From Candidatus Nanopelagicales bacterium (GTDB lineage: Bacteria > Actinomycetota > Actinomycetes > S36-B12 > UBA10799), in assembly GCA_041674545.1 (NCBI GenBank), contig JBAYVO010000002.1, forward strand, positions 1-49,261: 49,261 nucleotides of DNA, written 5' to 3'. Each line of letters starts with the position of its first letter. Position 1 is the stretch's first letter. Positions 20,489-28,247 of the stretch are shown piece by piece. The position numbers were made by a program, and so were the translations under genes. The notes beneath the pieces were generated by a model. It was not told the origin of the DNA, made no database searches, and worked only from the letters and a program-made list of their open reading frames with translations.

Positions 20489-23227
20489 CTAGCGGGTAAT
20501 CAACCCGATTTCGACAGCACGGGAGGCAGCGTTTGCGCGGCCACGAACATTGAGTTTGTTGTAGATGCTGATGGTGTCTCGTCGCACTGTCGCGAGACTG
20601 AAGTTCAGCACGTCTGCGATTTCCGCGTTCGTTCGTCCCCGAGCGATTTCTTGCAAGATCGCGATCTCGCGGTCGGTCAGCAAGCGCGGTGTTCCGGCAG
20701 TGGCCATGCCACGCGGAACGCTACCGATCGTGCCGTGCAGTTGCCGGTGAATATGTTCACCGACTGCGCGCGCGGACGCCTCTAGTTGAGCATCACCAAC
20801 TACTTCGGCGAGATTCGCGATGATCAAACCCAACGAGCCTGAGCTCATCAGTGCCTCAGCGTCAACAGCGGCTCGGTCTACCCACGGTGCGAGCATCGGT
20901 AGCAGCACTCCCGCATGGTCGACGTCGCGGGTGATCACGGTCGCCTTGCCTAGGAATGCCAAGGATTGCAGCAGGCTTGATTCGTCATCGAGGAGTGGAA
21001 ATGTGCGCTCGATTCGATCAAGTGCGTCGTCCGTGCGCCCGAGATCTGCCAGCGCACACGAGACGGCCGCGCTCGTCAATGGGTGCATCGGAACGAGGTC
21101 GATCAACTTCTCGTTCGAGTTGAGGTATTCAACGTCGCGAACGATGATCGAACGATGGGTGCGTAGCGCGTGGTCCATCACGAACGCACCAGGAATCCCA
21201 GCGGCCGTACCCGCGTCGCTCGCGAGCTGGCGGTAGCGCTCGAACGCTTCCCAGTCACCGTCGATCCCCGCCACGCCAGCACGCAAGCCGAAGGTTCGCC
21301 ATTCGACTCGTGAGTCGCGCGCGCGTTCATTCATCCATTCGGCAATTGCGACAACCTCATCCGCGCTTTGGCGCTGACCGGCTTCAAGGTGATCAACAAC
21401 AAGGCGGACACAGGCTTCCAGGGTTTCGAGTGGCGAGTTGAGTTCCAGGGCGAGATCTAGTGCCTCTCGACTCACCCTCAGCCGACGCTCAAGGTGCATG
21501 GGGCCGCGATGCGTCCATCGCCAGCCAAGGAGCGCGATCAGTCGTGTCTGTGGATCGCCGGAGGTATCGGCAAGGTCGAGTGCTTCGTCGGCACGAGGCT
21601 GGGAGATCTCCGAGCGAACGACCCAGGCCCATTGTTGGCCGTCATCGGAGGGTTGTGGGATCCGCATCTCAAGCATCGAGCGCAACGCTTTGAGTTGGAT
21701 GGCCGCGGAGATTGTTGATTGGTCCGCGGTGTCATCGACGCGGTCCGCCATCTCCGCAGTGAGCGCCTCTTCAGCGAGCATCAACAATTCGAGGGCATCG
21801 GCGTTGCCCGCCCGCCAGTCGGGAGGAAACGCAAAACCGATTGCTGCCCTGGCAAGGGTGTACGCGTCACCGGTCACCGTTGCGAGGTTGGCCGCTTGAC
21901 GGTATAGGTCGTAGGCGATGTCCATTCGACCGATTCGAACGTTGGCTTCTGCGCGCCGCATTAGTCGGCGTGTGCGATGAGCCAGGTCAGGATTCTCGCC
22001 CTGGTCACGTTCTTGGGCGATACCAAAAAACTGATCGGCATCCTCGAAAGCAAGACCATCAAAGGCCTGCACTGCTGCAGAGTCTGCGAACCCACAGATC
22101 TGTTCATCAGGTACCCGGCCATTGCTTCTCAACGCATATGCCAGAACAAGCCCCCAGTCCGGTTTGGTTGCGTTGGCTAGCAGTTCTGCGTATCGCGCAC
22201 TGATTTCGCCCGCCATAGCTTCCGGAAGATCATCGATCAGGCGTGATCCCAGCAACGGATGCGCGACCTCAAGACTCACACCTCGCCTCATCAAAATCCC
22301 CGCCGCGATACCCCGTTCGCAGGCATCGGCCACTGCCGTTTCATCGATCGCCAGAACTTCTGCGAGCACCGCGGTCGCGTGGTCGCCGGTCAACACGATC
22401 GCGGCCAGTACTCGCTTGTCGGATTCCGAGACTGCGCCGAGGATCTGGCTGATCGCCTCGCCAACCACTGCGGGTGTCTCGATTTCGCGATGAGTGGCGA
22501 CAGCAAGTTGCTCGACAACGTTTGCGGCAGTGCGGCCTCGTTCCAAACCGACAATCGTTCCGAAGCACGCGAGGGGATTCCCACCCGTCAACGTCACGAG
22601 CTGAGCAGCGGCCGGTTCGAGCTCATTGGTTTGCAGTGCCGGATACCGGTCAGCGAGGGTCCTAAGAACCTCCGGCGCGCTTAGCCCGGTGAGGCCAATG
22701 ACGCGAGCATCGCTGGGGCCTTCGATCAAGGGCGAGGCCGAAAAGTCCAGCCTTTGCGTTGCGACGATGAGGACCGGCTCAGACATCACCATCGGGGCGA
22801 GGTGCATAAGCAAGCGCCGGGATGCCGCATCTGCCCATTGAAGATCTTCGATGACGAGTACGACCGGGGCCGGCAGGTCCAGGAGCAGCGTGAGCATCCT
22901 GTCAGCGATGTCAGCCATATCAGGCGACTGTTCATCACTGAGCCCGAACACAAACCTGCTGCCTTCGTCAGGCACACCCAATTTGCGGTCGGCCGAGGTG
23001 GCGACCGACCGCCAGAGCCGTAGCGGGGATTCGGTGACTTCATGCGCGGCGACGGTGAGCACCGACCCAAGTTGTACCGACGAGGTGAACTCTCGGATCA
23101 GCCGCGACTTGCCAACGCCCGGCTCTCCAACAACGATCGCGACGGCCCCACGTTCGTCACTGGCGTTGCGGTAGCACGACCCCAGCAGGCCAAGTTCGCG
23201 CTCGCGGCCGACGAAGGAGAGCTCCAC
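20489..23227 (-). CDS. LAL-type regulator (large ATP-binding LuxR family)
   Basis: 912 aa. N-terminal Walker A GEPGVGKSRL and Walker B VLVIEDLQWAD. Long helical (TPR-like) middle. C-terminal LuxR HTH LTDREIAILQEIARGRTNAEIADVLNFSLATVRRDTISIYNKLNV. Confidence 0.9.
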   Translation of the reverse strand: MELSFVGRERELGLLGSCYRNASDERGAVAIVVGEPGVGKSRLIREFTSSVQLGSVLTVAAHEVTESPLRLWRSVATSADRKLGVPDEGSRFVFGLSDEQSPDMADIADRMLTLLLDLPAPVVLVIEDLQWADAASRRLLMHLAPMVMSEPVLIVATQRLDFSASPLIEGPSDARVIGLTGLSAPEVLRTLADRYPALQTNELEPAAAQLVTLTGGNPLACFGTIVGLERGRTAANVVEQLAVATHREIETPAVVGEAISQILGAVSESDKRVLAAIVLTGDHATAVLAEVLAIDETAVADACERGIAAGILMRRGVSLEVAHPLLGSRLIDDLPEAMAGEISARYAELLANATKPDWGLVLAYALRSNGRVPDEQICGFADSAAVQAFDGLAFEDADQFFGIAQERDQGENPDLAHRTRRLMRRAEANVRIGRMDIAYDLYRQAANLATVTGDAYTLARAAIGFAFPPDWRAGNADALELLMLAEEALTAEMADRVDDTADQSTISAAIQLKALRSMLEMRIPQPSDDGQQWAWVVRSEISQPRADEALDLADTSGDPQTRLIALLGWRWTHRGPMHLERRLRVSREALDLALELNSPLETLEACVRLVVDHLEAGQRQSADEVVAIAEWMNERARDSRVEWRTFGLRAGVAGIDGDWEAFERYRQLASDAGTAAGIPGAFVMDHALRTHRSIIVRDVEYLNSNEKLIDLVPMHPLTSAAVSCALADLGRTDDALDRIERTFPLLDDESSLLQSLAFLGKATVITRDVDHAGVLLPMLAPWVDRAAVDAEALMSSGSLGLIIANLAEVVGDAQLEASARAVGEHIHRQLHGTIGSVPRGMATAGTPRLLTDREIAILQEIARGRTNAEIADVLNFSLATVRRDTISIYNKLNVRGRANAASRAVEIGLITR

Positions 23228-23265
23228 CTTGCGACCCTACTGGGCTGGGGACCTGCTGCTGGCCC

Positions 23266-23293
23266 CAAAAATGAACCAGTTGGTTCATTTTTG
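23266..23293. promoter_or_regulatory. Perfect 13+2+13 palindrome CAAAAATGAACCA-GT-TGGTTCATTTTTG in a divergent intergenic region (candidate operator)
   Basis: Every one of 13 arm positions pairs. It is a locally AT-rich island between the LAL regulator start (23227) and the plus-strand copper-module genes (23459). Confidence 0.5.
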
Positions 23294-23458
23294 CAACATC
23301 GCAGGCGATTGCGCCCGGAGTGGCAGTCACACCTGACGGACTTCTCTCGGACGTCGACACGGACCAAGTCTCCCCAGTAGGTAGGAGATCGCGGGATCAG
23401 CCGCCAACCTGCGCAGTCACGCTCATGGCTCGACTATCTCGCGGGATAGGGTCGCAGG

Positions 23459-24094
23459 GTGCTGAATCCCACGACCGGTGTGCACCGCGCGGTACGCGCT
23501 GGTGCGTTGGGTGGGACATGCCTGCTCATCACCGTGCTGGGGCATGGAATCGCTAACGGACATTCGTCGGCGTTCGGCATCGCCCTACTCGCAGTCGTGA
23601 TGACGGCAATGGCAGTCTTCGCGACCTCGCGGGAACTGAGCTTCGTGAGCCTGCTCGCGTTCGCTGGGTTCACCCAGATCGGCGCGCACCTCCTGCTGTC
23701 GCTCCTTTCACCGGCGACCAACTCCCATCTGTCCGCGACGCCAACCTTCGGCTCGCGCGGCCATGACCATGCCGCTTCCGCGCACACCGCACTCACGAGT
23801 ACCAGCGTCGCAGCTGAGTTTCCAACCTCGATGCTTGCAATGCACCTCGGTGCCTGTCTGGTGATGGCAGCAATCCTGCGTCACGGCGAACGGGTGTACT
23901 TCCAGCTGCACCGGGCCCTGCCCGAGATCTTGCGGGTTCTCGTTGGCCGAGCGGTAATCGCGGTACCCAGACTCGCGCCAGTCGCGCGGCAAGCACGCGG
24001 ACTCCGTGATGCCCGCGAGGCTCTTCCTCTCGTCCGATTTATTGCAGAGCCGATACAACGCCGCGGACCACCCGTCGCGTTCGCATCTAGATAG
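23459..24094 (+). CDS. Hypothetical His-rich integral membrane protein preceding the copper module
   Basis: 211-aa GTG-start ORF with 4-5 hydrophobic segments and loops rich in His (GHGIANGHSS, GSRGHDHAASAH). No family recognised; the coding call rests on hydrophobicity pattern and context. Confidence 0.45.
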   Translation: MLNPTTGVHRAVRAGALGGTCLLITVLGHGIANGHSSAFGIALLAVVMTAMAVFATSRELSFVSLLAFAGFTQIGAHLLLSLLSPATNSHLSATPTFGSRGHDHAASAHTALTSTSVAAEFPTSMLAMHLGACLVMAAILRHGERVYFQLHRALPEILRVLVGRAVIAVPRLAPVARQARGLRDAREALPLVRFIAEPIQRRGPPVAFASR

Positions 24095-24269
24095 CTGCCA
24101 TTCACGACCTATTGCGATTCGCAGTCGTCCACGTTTCGCCCACGCTGTTCGATCGATCGCGATCTCTACTCCCACCACATCAGAAGCCTGACGCTCGCCG
24201 CCAACAAGCGCGGCCATCGCCAGGTACCCGAAACACACCCTCCTTCTCACGTTTTCGAAAGGTCTCCTC

Positions 24270-24986
24270 ATGTCAAAGAACCAATTCAAGGTCCGCGCGG
24301 TCTCGGCAACTAGTGCCCTCGTCATCGGCGGCGCACTCGTGGTCGCGGCAGCGACGCCCGCTTCGGCTCACGTCACCGTTTCATCGCCGAGTGCAACTCA
24401 AGGTGGCTACGGAACGATCACCTTCAAGGTCCCAACCGAGTCAGATACCGCAAGCACGACAAAGCTCGTGGTGACAGTTCCGGAGAACGCTCCGCTCGCC
24501 TCCGTGACCTACGAACCCGTACCGGGGTGGACGACGACCGTGACCAAGGTCAAACTTGCCAATCCGGTCACGGTTGGCGAAGCCACGCTCACCGAGCGCG
24601 TCGGGTCGATCACCTGGACCGCAAACAAGGATTCGGGAATCAAGCCCGGACAGTTCCAGACCTTCCCGATCTCGGCCGGACCACTGCCCAAGGTCGAATC
24701 CGTGACGTTCGACGCCGCTCAGACATATAGCGATGGCGAGGTTGTGAACTGGAACGAAGTTGAGGTCGCGGGCGGCGAAGAGCCAGCGAAACCGGCGCCT
24801 GTGCTCAAGTTGGCGGCTGCGGGCGCCGCTGCCGATGCTCACGGCGCATCGCACTCGACGAGCGAAAGCACCGAATCAACGTCAAGCACAAGCCCTTGGT
24901 CTATCGCGGCTTTGATCGCCTCAATCGTTGCCATCATCATTTCGGTGATCGCGATCGTCGGTTCGCGTGCCAAGCGTGAGCAGTAA
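24270..24986 (+). CDS. YcnI-family (DUF1775) copper-binding protein with C-terminal TM anchor
   Basis: Signal peptide ends ASA|HVTVSSPSATQGGYGTITFKVPTESDTASTTKLVV, the hallmark mature N-terminal His. C-terminal hydrophobic anchor WSIAALIASIVAIIISVIAIVG. Confidence 0.8.
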   Translation: MSKNQFKVRAVSATSALVIGGALVVAAATPASAHVTVSSPSATQGGYGTITFKVPTESDTASTTKLVVTVPENAPLASVTYEPVPGWTTTVTKVKLANPVTVGEATLTERVGSITWTANKDSGIKPGQFQTFPISAGPLPKVESVTFDAAQTYSDGEVVNWNEVEVAGGEEPAKPAPVLKLAAAGAAADAHGASHSTSESTESTSSTSPWSIAALIASIVAIIISVIAIVGSRAKREQ

Positions 24987-25548
24987 CCAGGCGTCGCAGG
25001 TGGGGTGGGCTTATGGCTCACCCCACCTGCGAGTTCGCGCAGCTCTGTTCGCTGTGGCGGTCGCCCTCGTCGCCTTCATATTCGGGGCCGCATCGCCGTC
25101 AACTGCTCACGATCAACTACTGATGGCCTATCCCGCCGACGGATCCATCAGCCCAAGGGCTCCGGCAGAACTCCAACTGACGTTCTCGCAATCACCAATG
25201 CCCGGAACAGCGACCGTGGTTGCGCAAACCAACACCGGTGCATCGGTCCCGCTCCCGACACCAGCCACGAACCGCGGCGTCGTGACGGTCGCGTGGCCAA
25301 GCAACCAACCTGCCGGAACCTACCGTGCATCGTGGCGCGTCACGTCTTCCGACGGGCATCCGATCAACGGGACGTGGACGTTCACCTACGGCCTGACATC
25401 CGCGCAACCGATGATCGAGCCGACAGTCTCGGAGTCGAACAACAGCGACGGATCTGGGTTGTGGATTGCGTTGAGCGCAGCCGTCATCGTCGCGGTACTC
25501 GGTGGAGCCGCGGTGCTCATGATGCGACGGCGCGGCCGAAGCGAGTAG
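24967..25548 (+). CDS. copC: CopC-domain copper-binding protein with C-terminal TM anchor
   Basis: Signal peptide ends STA|HDQLLMAYPADGS (mature N-terminal His); later SSDGHPINGTWTF. C-terminal TM WIALSAAVIVAVLGGAAVLMM. Start is GTG 24967 or GTG 25000; it overlaps the YcnI 3' end. Confidence 0.8.
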   Translation: MPSVSSNQASQVGWAYGSPHLRVRAALFAVAVALVAFIFGAASPSTAHDQLLMAYPADGSISPRAPAELQLTFSQSPMPGTATVVAQTNTGASVPLPTPATNRGVVTVAWPSNQPAGTYRASWRVTSSDGHPINGTWTFTYGLTSAQPMIEPTVSESNNSDGSGLWIALSAAVIVAVLGGAAVLMMRRRGRSE

Positions 25549-25580
25549 CGCGGCGCGGCCGCATCTACGCTTGTCCCGCT

Positions 25581-27074
25581 CTAGGAACCGGTGATGCAGG
25601 TTCCTTGCGAGTTCTTCTCACACGTTTGACCGTCGGTCCAGGTGGCGCCTGTGAGGTTCGCGTTGTTGAAGACCGTGCCAATAATGCTTGCACGATCAAG
25701 ATTGGCGTCTTTCAACATGGCTTTCGAGAAGTTCGCGCCATCTAGCTTCGCCGCTTGGAATCCCATCGACCGCAATTCAAGGCCGGTTAGGTTTGCCAGA
25801 CTCAAATCGGCGCCCGCAAGGGTGCCCTTGATCTGATTAAGATCCACTTTGCGCAAGTCGGTGCTAGCAAGGCGAGCGTTGGCCAGGGTGGCGCCCGTCA
25901 GGTTTGCTTCGGCAAGTCGCGCGCCCGAGAGATCCGCGTACGACAGGTTGGCCTTGGTCAGATTCGCGGATCGTACGTCCGCCATCGTGATCAAAGCGCG
26001 GCTTGCGTCAGTACGCGAGAGGTTCGCCTCCTGAAGGTTAGATCCCGAGAAGTTGGCGGTCGACAAGACTGCTTCGCTGAGGTCCGCACCGGTGAGGTTG
26101 AGGCGGCTCAAATTGGAACCAGTGAGATCGGTGCCAGACAGATCAACTGTCGCAAAGTCAGGCAGCGCCACTGAAACGTTCGTTCCAGTCATAGTCGCTT
26201 CAGCGAGGTTGGCACCCTTGAAGACTGATCCCGTCAACTCGGCGCCAGAAAGCACGGCTTCACTCAGATTGGCTTGCGCCAAGCTTGCAGATGTCAGAAT
26301 GCTCCGGTTGAGGTTGGCGCCCTGGAGGTTTGCCCGGTTCAAGATCGCCCGGCTGAGGTTGGCGCCAACGAGGTTCGCGCGTGGCATCTGTGTGGCACGG
26401 AGATCAACACCGGTGAGATCTGACCCAGTCAAGTTCATACCCGCCATGCGAGTTCCTGCCAGGATCGTGCCCGTCAAGCCTTGCCGCCGCATATCGATCA
26501 CAGCACCGGTCAGATCGGTACCGCTGAGGTTGACGCCAGTGAGATTCGGTCGGCCGAACTCGGTCGCACTGAGACTGGCACCCGTGAAGCTGGCACCGGT
26601 CATCAAGGCGGTCGAGAGGTTCGCGCGTGCGAGCCTCGCCTCAGTGAAGTTGGCACTAGTCAACACTGCACCTTGGAAGCGTGCACGATCGAGCTTGGCA
26701 CCGCGGAAGTTCGCACCAGCAAGGTTTGCTTGGCGAAAATCTGCCCCAATGAGGTTCGCTCCCGCGAAGTCACGGCCAGCCAGGTTCGCACCCCTGAACG
26801 ATTTTCCGATCAGGGCTTGATCGATGGCGGCTGGATTCTCTCCGGTTGCCACGCTCGCGTCCGCCGCAGATCTCGCCGTAGATTCGTTGGAATCAGACGC
26901 CTGTGTTGCGACCCATATTCCTGCAACTACCGCACCCGCGACGACCAGTGCGCCCACAACGGCGGCGACCACACCTCGGCGAGCACCTGGCTTGTCGGCG
27001 GGCGAGTCCAAGACCGAAGGTTCGGTCGGTACCGGCAAGACACTCGGCGCCTCTTCAAGCGCGTTGTCAGTCAT
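25581..27074 (-). CDS. Membrane-anchored pentapeptide-repeat protein (~80 consecutive A(D/N)LXX pentads, predicted extracytoplasmic)
   Basis: 497 aa. N-terminal cytoplasmic tail, single TM VVAAVVGALVVAGAVVAGIWVA, then an uninterrupted ANLxGADFxxANLxGA pattern up to a short Cys-containing tail (TCEKNSQGTC). Confidence 0.9.
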   Translation of the reverse strand: MTDNALEEAPSVLPVPTEPSVLDSPADKPGARRGVVAAVVGALVVAGAVVAGIWVATQASDSNESTARSAADASVATGENPAAIDQALIGKSFRGANLAGRDFAGANLIGADFRQANLAGANFRGAKLDRARFQGAVLTSANFTEARLARANLSTALMTGASFTGASLSATEFGRPNLTGVNLSGTDLTGAVIDMRRQGLTGTILAGTRMAGMNLTGSDLTGVDLRATQMPRANLVGANLSRAILNRANLQGANLNRSILTSASLAQANLSEAVLSGAELTGSVFKGANLAEATMTGTNVSVALPDFATVDLSGTDLTGSNLSRLNLTGADLSEAVLSTANFSGSNLQEANLSRTDASRALITMADVRSANLTKANLSYADLSGARLAEANLTGATLANARLASTDLRKVDLNQIKGTLAGADLSLANLTGLELRSMGFQAAKLDGANFSKAMLKDANLDRASIIGTVFNNANLTGATWTDGQTCEKNSQGTCITGS

Positions 27075-27287
27075 CGTGGGGCTTGCCTTCTCTCGTGCTC
27101 ATATTTGACCATCGACTCCGAACGGGCCACTGGAACCGCGGAGGCGGAGCGATTGCCCATTGGAGTCGCCGCAACTTTTGTCTCCGATGAATGACAGTAA
27201 GTCAGGGACGACGAGCAACGTCCAACAATGCGGATTTTCCGAAAGAATCACTCTTTGGGTGACGATGTGTAAGCAGTCGCCCGAACG

Positions 27288-27923
27288 TCAGCGAACGGTG
27301 ACACCAGACTGGTGGTACATCAGCGTGGCCGCGACTCGCGAATTGATTGCCCGATCCCGGTCTACGCCCAGGACCGTGTACAGCCGCGCAATCGTAAGTT
27401 CCACGGCCCGAACCGACCTGCCCCGCGCGATAGCGATCTGCGCATTGCTCAGGCCAGAGGCCACCAGTCGCAGTGTCGCAGCCTGATTGCGAGTAAGCGC
27501 CGGAATGCCCTGCTCGTTGTTGTGATGAATGCCCGGCAAGCCTCGCGCTGCCCGGTCGATGGCGTTTCTCACCACTTCAAGAGAAGTGATGTCCGCCTTC
27601 ACGAGGTACGAACAGTCTCGCAACGACGGCGGGTCATCTTGGACCAGGTAAGGCGATCGGTGATCACTGATCAGCACTGCGGGGATTCGACGCGCCTGCG
27701 CAGCCCTGATTTGTGTGAGGAAGTCGAGCGCAGATGGCCCGAACGTTGGGACCAATTCGATCACAGCAAGATCAGCGTGAAACTGTTCGTCGTTCAAATC
27801 GGCCGTGGTGTTGCCCTCAACGTGCGCGACGGAGAGGCCGAGCTGAGTTGAAATTTCCGTCACGTACGAACTCACGATGACGTTCTTCACTGAAACGAGG
27901 GCGCGCTGCGACGGCCACTGCAT
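27288..27923 (-). CDS. NarL/LuxR-type response-regulator-like protein with degenerate (pseudo-)receiver domain
   Basis: C-terminal LuxR HTH LTRNQAATLRLVASGLSNAQIAIARGRSVRAVELTIARLY. Receiver-like N-terminus has SS instead of the acidic pair and Glu (VIELV) at the phospho-acceptor position. ATG 27923 has AAGGTGG upstream. Confidence 0.75.
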   Translation of the reverse strand: MQWPSQRALVSVKNVIVSSYVTEISTQLGLSVAHVEGNTTADLNDEQFHADLAVIELVPTFGPSALDFLTQIRAAQARRIPAVLISDHRSPYLVQDDPPSLRDCSYLVKADITSLEVVRNAIDRAARGLPGIHHNNEQGIPALTRNQAATLRLVASGLSNAQIAIARGRSVRAVELTIARLYTVLGVDRDRAINSRVAATLMYHQSGVTVR

Positions 27924-28148
27924 TGCCACCTTAACCGGACCCCTCGCCCGCCGCTTCGAACGGCTGAGGCGACCGAGCAGAATGTCTATGTGACATTGCA
28001 ACGTGCCACATAGGCATATCCCGGAGACTCACTGGCGACACGTTAGCTGGAAGACCCGTTCGCGCGTCATCGCGACCCGAAACATACGGCCAATGCTTGC
28101 ATCTTTCGTCTCTCTTGTCATTGCCTGTGCACTCGGCTCAAAACAAGC

Positions 28149-28205
28149 GGCACAGGCCGTCAACTCTGGGATCGCGATGACCCCACATGGTTGACGGCCT
28201 GTGCC
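28149..28205. promoter_or_regulatory. 16-17 bp perfect inverted repeat GGCACAGGCCGTCAAC ... GTTGACGGCCTGTGCC (25-nt loop)
   Basis: Read directly from the sequence. Sits between the hydrolase-like gene terminator and the LuxR-type gene. Function (second terminator or operator) unknown. Confidence 0.4.
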
Positions 28206-28219
28206 GTGTTCAACGTGAA

Positions 28220-28241
28220 GGCGCCGCAGATTCGCGGCGCC
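28220..28241 (-). terminator. Terminator hairpin after the 422-aa hydrolase-like gene
   Basis: GGCGCCGC-AGATTC-GCGGCGCC, starting 7 nt after the stop at 28248. Confidence 0.55.
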
Positions 28242-28247
28242 CATCTC

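Noticed and set aside
26053-26820. 255-aa plus-strand ORF, plus 26481-27194 (237 aa), across the pentapeptide gene
   Set aside because: These are antisense shadows of a highly periodic GC-rich repeat gene. The translations are Arg/Pro/Ala-rich low complexity (…RFAPVRF…) with no start context. The minus-strand frame gives a clean signal-anchor plus pentapeptide protein.
28029-28244. 71-aa minus-strand ORF in the gap between the hydrolase-like and LuxR-type genes
   Set aside because: It is composed largely of the two hairpin elements, has no RBS, and its composition looks random.
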